DNA of 64,000 nucleotides from Gammaproteobacteria bacterium (GTDB lineage Bacteria; Pseudomonadota; Gammaproteobacteria; CAJXQU01): NCBI GenBank assembly GCA_965238175.1, contig CBDEGZ010000003.1, positions 1,984,001 to 2,048,000 of the forward strand, read 5' to 3'. Shown piece by piece: positions 60,402 to 64,000 of this stretch (position 1 is its first letter; each line of letters starts with the position of its first letter). The notes under the pieces were generated by a model. It saw only the letters and a program-made list of their open reading frames with translations, ran no database searches and was not told where the DNA came from. The position numbers and the translations under genes were made by a program.

Positions 60402-62714
60402 ATGTTAATAGATATAAAGCTAATGCAAAGTATAACAAGAAAAATTAAACCACTGATCTTATTAATTTTAATTTCAACAAACACATGGGCCGTTGAGGAA
60501 TTTATCATTCAAGACATTCGACTCGAAGGTTTAAGCCGAGTATCAGCAGGTAATGTTTTTAACAACATGCCAGTTAAAATTGGTGATAAATTTAATGATC
60601 AGCGATCAAGTGATACAGTAAAAGCATTGTTTAAGAGTGGTTTCTTTAAGGATGTACGTCTAGAGCGAGTAGGCGATGTACTTGTTATTGCCTTGGTAGA
60701 ACGTGAAGCTATTTCTAAGATCATCCTAACAGGTAACGAAGCGATCAAAAAAGATGATCTACTGAATGGTCTTGGAGGTGTAGGTTTTGCTGAAGGTGAA
60801 GTGTTTAATCGTTCTTTGCTAGATAAGGTTGAGCAAGAGTTACATCGGCAGTACTTTGGTTTAGGTCGCTATGGTGCGAAGATTACAACGGAAGTTATTC
60901 CGAAAAAAGATAACCGTGTTGAAGTCGCAATTAATGTTTCTGAGGGAAGAACAGCCAGGATCAAAGAGATCAACATAGTAGGCAACACAGCCTATACCGA
61001 TAAACAGATTTTGAAGAAGTTTACACTCTCAACTCCAACATTGCTTTCGTTTATCACCAAAAAAGATCAATATTCAAAACAAAAGTTAAGTGCTGATTTG
61101 GAAACGATAAAGTCTCTTTATCTTGATAATGGCTTCATTAATTTCAATATAGATTCTACTCAGGTTTCAATAACGCCAGATAAAAGTGATGTCTATATAA
61201 CAATCAACATCAATGAAGGTGATCAATTTAGTGTATCCGATGTGAAACTATCTGGTGAATTGATTGTACCTTCTGAAGATCTTTTCCAAAGTGTGTTGAC
61301 ACACAAAGGAGAGATCTTCTCTCGAAAAGAGGTAACGAAGACCAGTGCCCAGTTAACAGAACGTATTGGTGATGAAGGTTATGCCTTTGCTAATGTGAAT
61401 GCAGTGCCTGAAATTGATAATAAGACAAAGAAAGTTGTCTTAACCTATTTTATTGATCCTGGAAAACGTGTTTATGTTCGACGTATTAACTTTTCTGGAA
61501 ACACAAAAACCAGAGACGAAGTTCTGCGCCGTGAAATGAGGCAAGCTGAAGGTGGTTGGATCTCAACAGAGAAAGTTCAGCGATCAAGAATACGGTTACA
61601 ACGTTTGGGTTTCTTTGAGGCTGTTAATGTCGAAACTCCAGCGGTTGCGGGGACTTCGGATCAGGTGGATGTTAACTATTCTGTTGTTGAGAGATCCTCT
61701 GGAAATTTGTCTCTCGGATTTGGTTTCTCTCAATCTCAAGGATTAATATTTAATACCAATGTTACACAGGATAATTTTTTAGGCAGTGGTAAAAGACTCT
61801 CTTTTAATTTTAATAACAGCGAAGTAAATCGTAGACTTGGAATTGGATACACAAATCCTTACTGGACCATAGACGGTGTTAGCAGAGGTTTTGATGCATT
61901 TTACCGTGAAACTGATGCGGACAATGCAAATGTTACTCGTTTTAATTCAAAGGTATTTGGTACAGGGGTTAATTTTAGTATTCCGGTAACTGAGTCGCAA
62001 AGAATATTTCTTGGTTTGAACTATGAAAATACTGAGTTGGAAACGAATAGCAATTCTTCAAGTGAGGTAACTGATTTTATCGCCCGGGAAGGGGATCGTT
62101 TTGATATATTCAGGTTATCAAGTAGTTTTGCTTATGATACAAGGAATCGAGCAGTCCTTCCTGACCAAGGTGTCCTTCATCAGATAAGAGCAGAAGTTAG
62201 CGCTCCTCTGGGCGATCTACGTTATTATAAACTGAGTTATGATACCAGATGGTTTTACCCTTTGGCTCAAGATTATACTTTGCTGTTGAAAGGTTCACTT
62301 GGCTACGGAGATGGCTATAGTGGGACCGAAGAGTTACCGTTTTTTGAGAATTTTTTTGGTGGTGGTCCTCGTTCCGTACGTGGATTTGAGGAAAATACAT
62401 TAGGGCCTAAAGATACAACAGGACGTGCTATTGGTGGTAATTTGAGGTTGGTAGGAAATGCCGAGTTAATTTTACCCGTACCTTTTATTCCAAAATCAGA
62501 AGCAGTACGATTGACGGGCTTTGTCGATGGCGGTAATGTTTATGATATTTATGATGATGATTTCGATATCGGTGATCTTAGATACTCTGTTGGTGTTTCA
62601 GGAATTTGGGTCTCACCTTTCGGTGTATTATCTGCAAGTATTGCCAAAGCATTAAATGCCGAGGGTGATGATGAAACACAAATTTTCCAGTTTACTTTTG
62701 GAACATCTTTCTGA
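60402..62714 (+). CDS. bamA: Outer membrane protein assembly factor
   Basis: POTRA domains, VRGF, C-terminal FQFTFGTSF. Confidence 0.97.
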   Translation: MLIDIKLMQSITRKIKPLILLILISTNTWAVEEFIIQDIRLEGLSRVSAGNVFNNMPVKIGDKFNDQRSSDTVKALFKSGFFKDVRLERVGDVLVIALVEREAISKIILTGNEAIKKDDLLNGLGGVGFAEGEVFNRSLLDKVEQELHRQYFGLGRYGAKITTEVIPKKDNRVEVAINVSEGRTARIKEINIVGNTAYTDKQILKKFTLSTPTLLSFITKKDQYSKQKLSADLETIKSLYLDNGFINFNIDSTQVSITPDKSDVYITININEGDQFSVSDVKLSGELIVPSEDLFQSVLTHKGEIFSRKEVTKTSAQLTERIGDEGYAFANVNAVPEIDNKTKKVVLTYFIDPGKRVYVRRINFSGNTKTRDEVLRREMRQAEGGWISTEKVQRSRIRLQRLGFFEAVNVETPAVAGTSDQVDVNYSVVERSSGNLSLGFGFSQSQGLIFNTNVTQDNFLGSGKRLSFNFNNSEVNRRLGIGYTNPYWTIDGVSRGFDAFYRETDADNANVTRFNSKVFGTGVNFSIPVTESQRIFLGLNYENTELETNSNSSSEVTDFIAREGDRFDIFRLSSSFAYDTRNRAVLPDQGVLHQIRAEVSAPLGDLRYYKLSYDTRWFYPLAQDYTLLLKGSLGYGDGYSGTEELPFFENFFGGGPRSVRGFEENTLGPKDTTGRAIGGNLRLVGNAELILPVPFIPKSEAVRLTGFVDGGNVYDIYDDDFDIGDLRYSVGVSGIWVSPFGVLSASIAKALNAEGDDETQIFQFTFGTSF

Positions 62715-62755
62715 ACGAATTTAATTTATTTTTTTGAAAACTTAGGAGTCGCATT

Positions 62756-63277
62756 TTGAAGATACAAACTATATCCAAATTGCTTGCCGTTGCATACATG
62801 GCTATTTTGATCAACCCAACTGCTGTTATGGCAGAAAATTATAAGATTGGTGTAGTGAACGCAGTTAAAGTACTAGAATCCGCGCCACAAGCAGCACTGG
62901 CAAAAAAGCGTCTTGAGAAGGAGTTTTCTGCACGAGATAAGAAGCTGGTTGCAACGCAAAAGTCTATTAAGCAAAAAGAAGATAAACTTTCTAAAGAAGG
63001 TGCGATTATGAGTGATCCCGAGCGAAAAAAGCTGGAGCGTGATACGTTATCTGCCAGAAGAGAATTAAAACGAGATCAAGATGAATTTCGTGATGATTTG
63101 AACTTTCGACGTAATGAGGAGTTTGGAAAGATTCAAAGCAAGATTGTTCAAGCGATACAAAAAATCGCGAAAAATGAAAAATATGATTTGATTATCGGGG
63201 AAGGGGTAATTTTTGCAAGTCCTAAAGTGGATATTACTAACAAGGTAATTGGTCTATTGAAGAAAGGTAAAAAATAA
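62756..63277 (+). CDS. skp: OmpH/Skp periplasmic chaperone
   Basis: Signal peptide, KIGVVN, coiled coil, DIT; located between bamA and lpxD. Confidence 0.92.
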   Translation: MKIQTISKLLAVAYMAILINPTAVMAENYKIGVVNAVKVLESAPQAALAKKRLEKEFSARDKKLVATQKSIKQKEDKLSKEGAIMSDPERKKLERDTLSARRELKRDQDEFRDDLNFRRNEEFGKIQSKIVQAIQKIAKNEKYDLIIGEGVIFASPKVDITNKVIGLLKKGKK

Positions 63278-63292
63278 TAACAAAGGTAGGTA

Positions 63293-64000
63293 GTGTTATC
63301 GCTTGTGGTGACTCTCGGACAGCTTGCAGCTTATATAGGAGGTGAACTTTCTAGCATAGAGGGAGAAGGAAGTATGCCTGATCTAATAATAAATCAGGTA
63401 GCAACCCTTGATAGTGCTCAAGAAGGCCATATTGCTTTTTTATTTGATAGAAAGTATCGAAAATTCCTAAAGATAACTCGTGCTTCGGCAGTTGTTCTAC
63501 AAAAAGAATATCTTGCGGATTGTGATATTCCAGGAATAGTGACCACTGATCCATATCTAGCTTATGCAAAAATAGCGAATTTATTAAACAGACCTGCTGA
63601 GGTAAAAGGTACAACACACACCTCGGCAGTTATTAGTAAAAAATCTAAGGTAGATCCGAGTGCCGAAATTGGCCCTAATGTCGTTATTGAAGATAACGTA
63701 GTGATAGGTTCTAAAGTATTGCTAGGTCCGGGTTGTGTCGTTCAGGAAGGTGCTGTCATTGGTGATTATTCTCGGCTCATGGCAAATGTTTCGATTTGCC
63801 ATCGCGTATCCGTTGGTAAGAGAGTTTTAATCCATCCTGGGGCTGTTATCGGCGCTGATGGGTTTGGATTAGCGCGAGACAATGGGATCTGGTTAAAAAT
63901 CCCACAAATCGGTAGTGTTTCCATAGGTGATGATGTGGAAATTGGAGCGAATACTTCAATTGATCGTGGTGCCATGAAAGATACTATTATTGAAATGGGT
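63293..64000 (+). CDS. lpxD: UDP-3-O-acylglucosamine N-acyltransferase (runs off the right edge; start uncertain)
   Basis: TLGQLA, DPYLAYA, hexapeptide repeats, IGADGFG, KIPQIG, VEIGANTSIDRGA. Confidence 0.95.
   Translation, partial: MLSLVVTLGQLAAYIGGELSSIEGEGSMPDLIINQVATLDSAQEGHIAFLFDRKYRKFLKITRASAVVLQKEYLADCDIPGIVTTDPYLAYAKIANLLNRPAEVKGTTHTSAVISKKSKVDPSAEIGPNVVIEDNVVIGSKVLLGPGCVVQEGAVIGDYSRLMANVSICHRVSVGKRVLIHPGAVIGADGFGLARDNGIWLKIPQIGSVSIGDDVEIGANTSIDRGAMKDTIIEMG

Overview
AT-rich gammaproteobacterial chromosome segment. Core genes lie at both ends. Left: cydA (runs off the edge), argE-argA, lolC/E-lolD, tsaB, cpdA, moaC/moaD/moaE (frameshifted), pdxJ-acpS, methyltransferases, photolyase. 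Right: dusA, mutH, glnD, map, and the rpsB-tsf-pyrH-frr-uppS-cdsA-dxr-rseP-bamA-skp-lpxD cluster. Two accessory blocks sit on either side of prfC. (1) About 15.1-29.8 kb is a decayed island: hipBA, a minimal PEP-CTERM gene, relics of a TraA-type relaxase and a serine recombinase, two degenerate tRNA-Phe-derived repeats, and an unusual Rhs locus. The Rhs looks genuinely split into a secreted YD-repeat shell that ends in a 720-bp tandem array of adhesin-like domains, a separately signal-peptided Rhs core plus toxin tip, and a membrane immunity gene. This is the best candidate for an undescribed system. (2) About 32.6-45.4 kb is an integron cassette array with about 21 attC sites and no integrase (CALIN). 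It is rich in immunity-like small genes, heavily pseudogenised, and invaded by IS481, IS3 and IS30 elements. All calls were made by eye from sequence motifs. No database searches were run, and DUF/family names are from memory.
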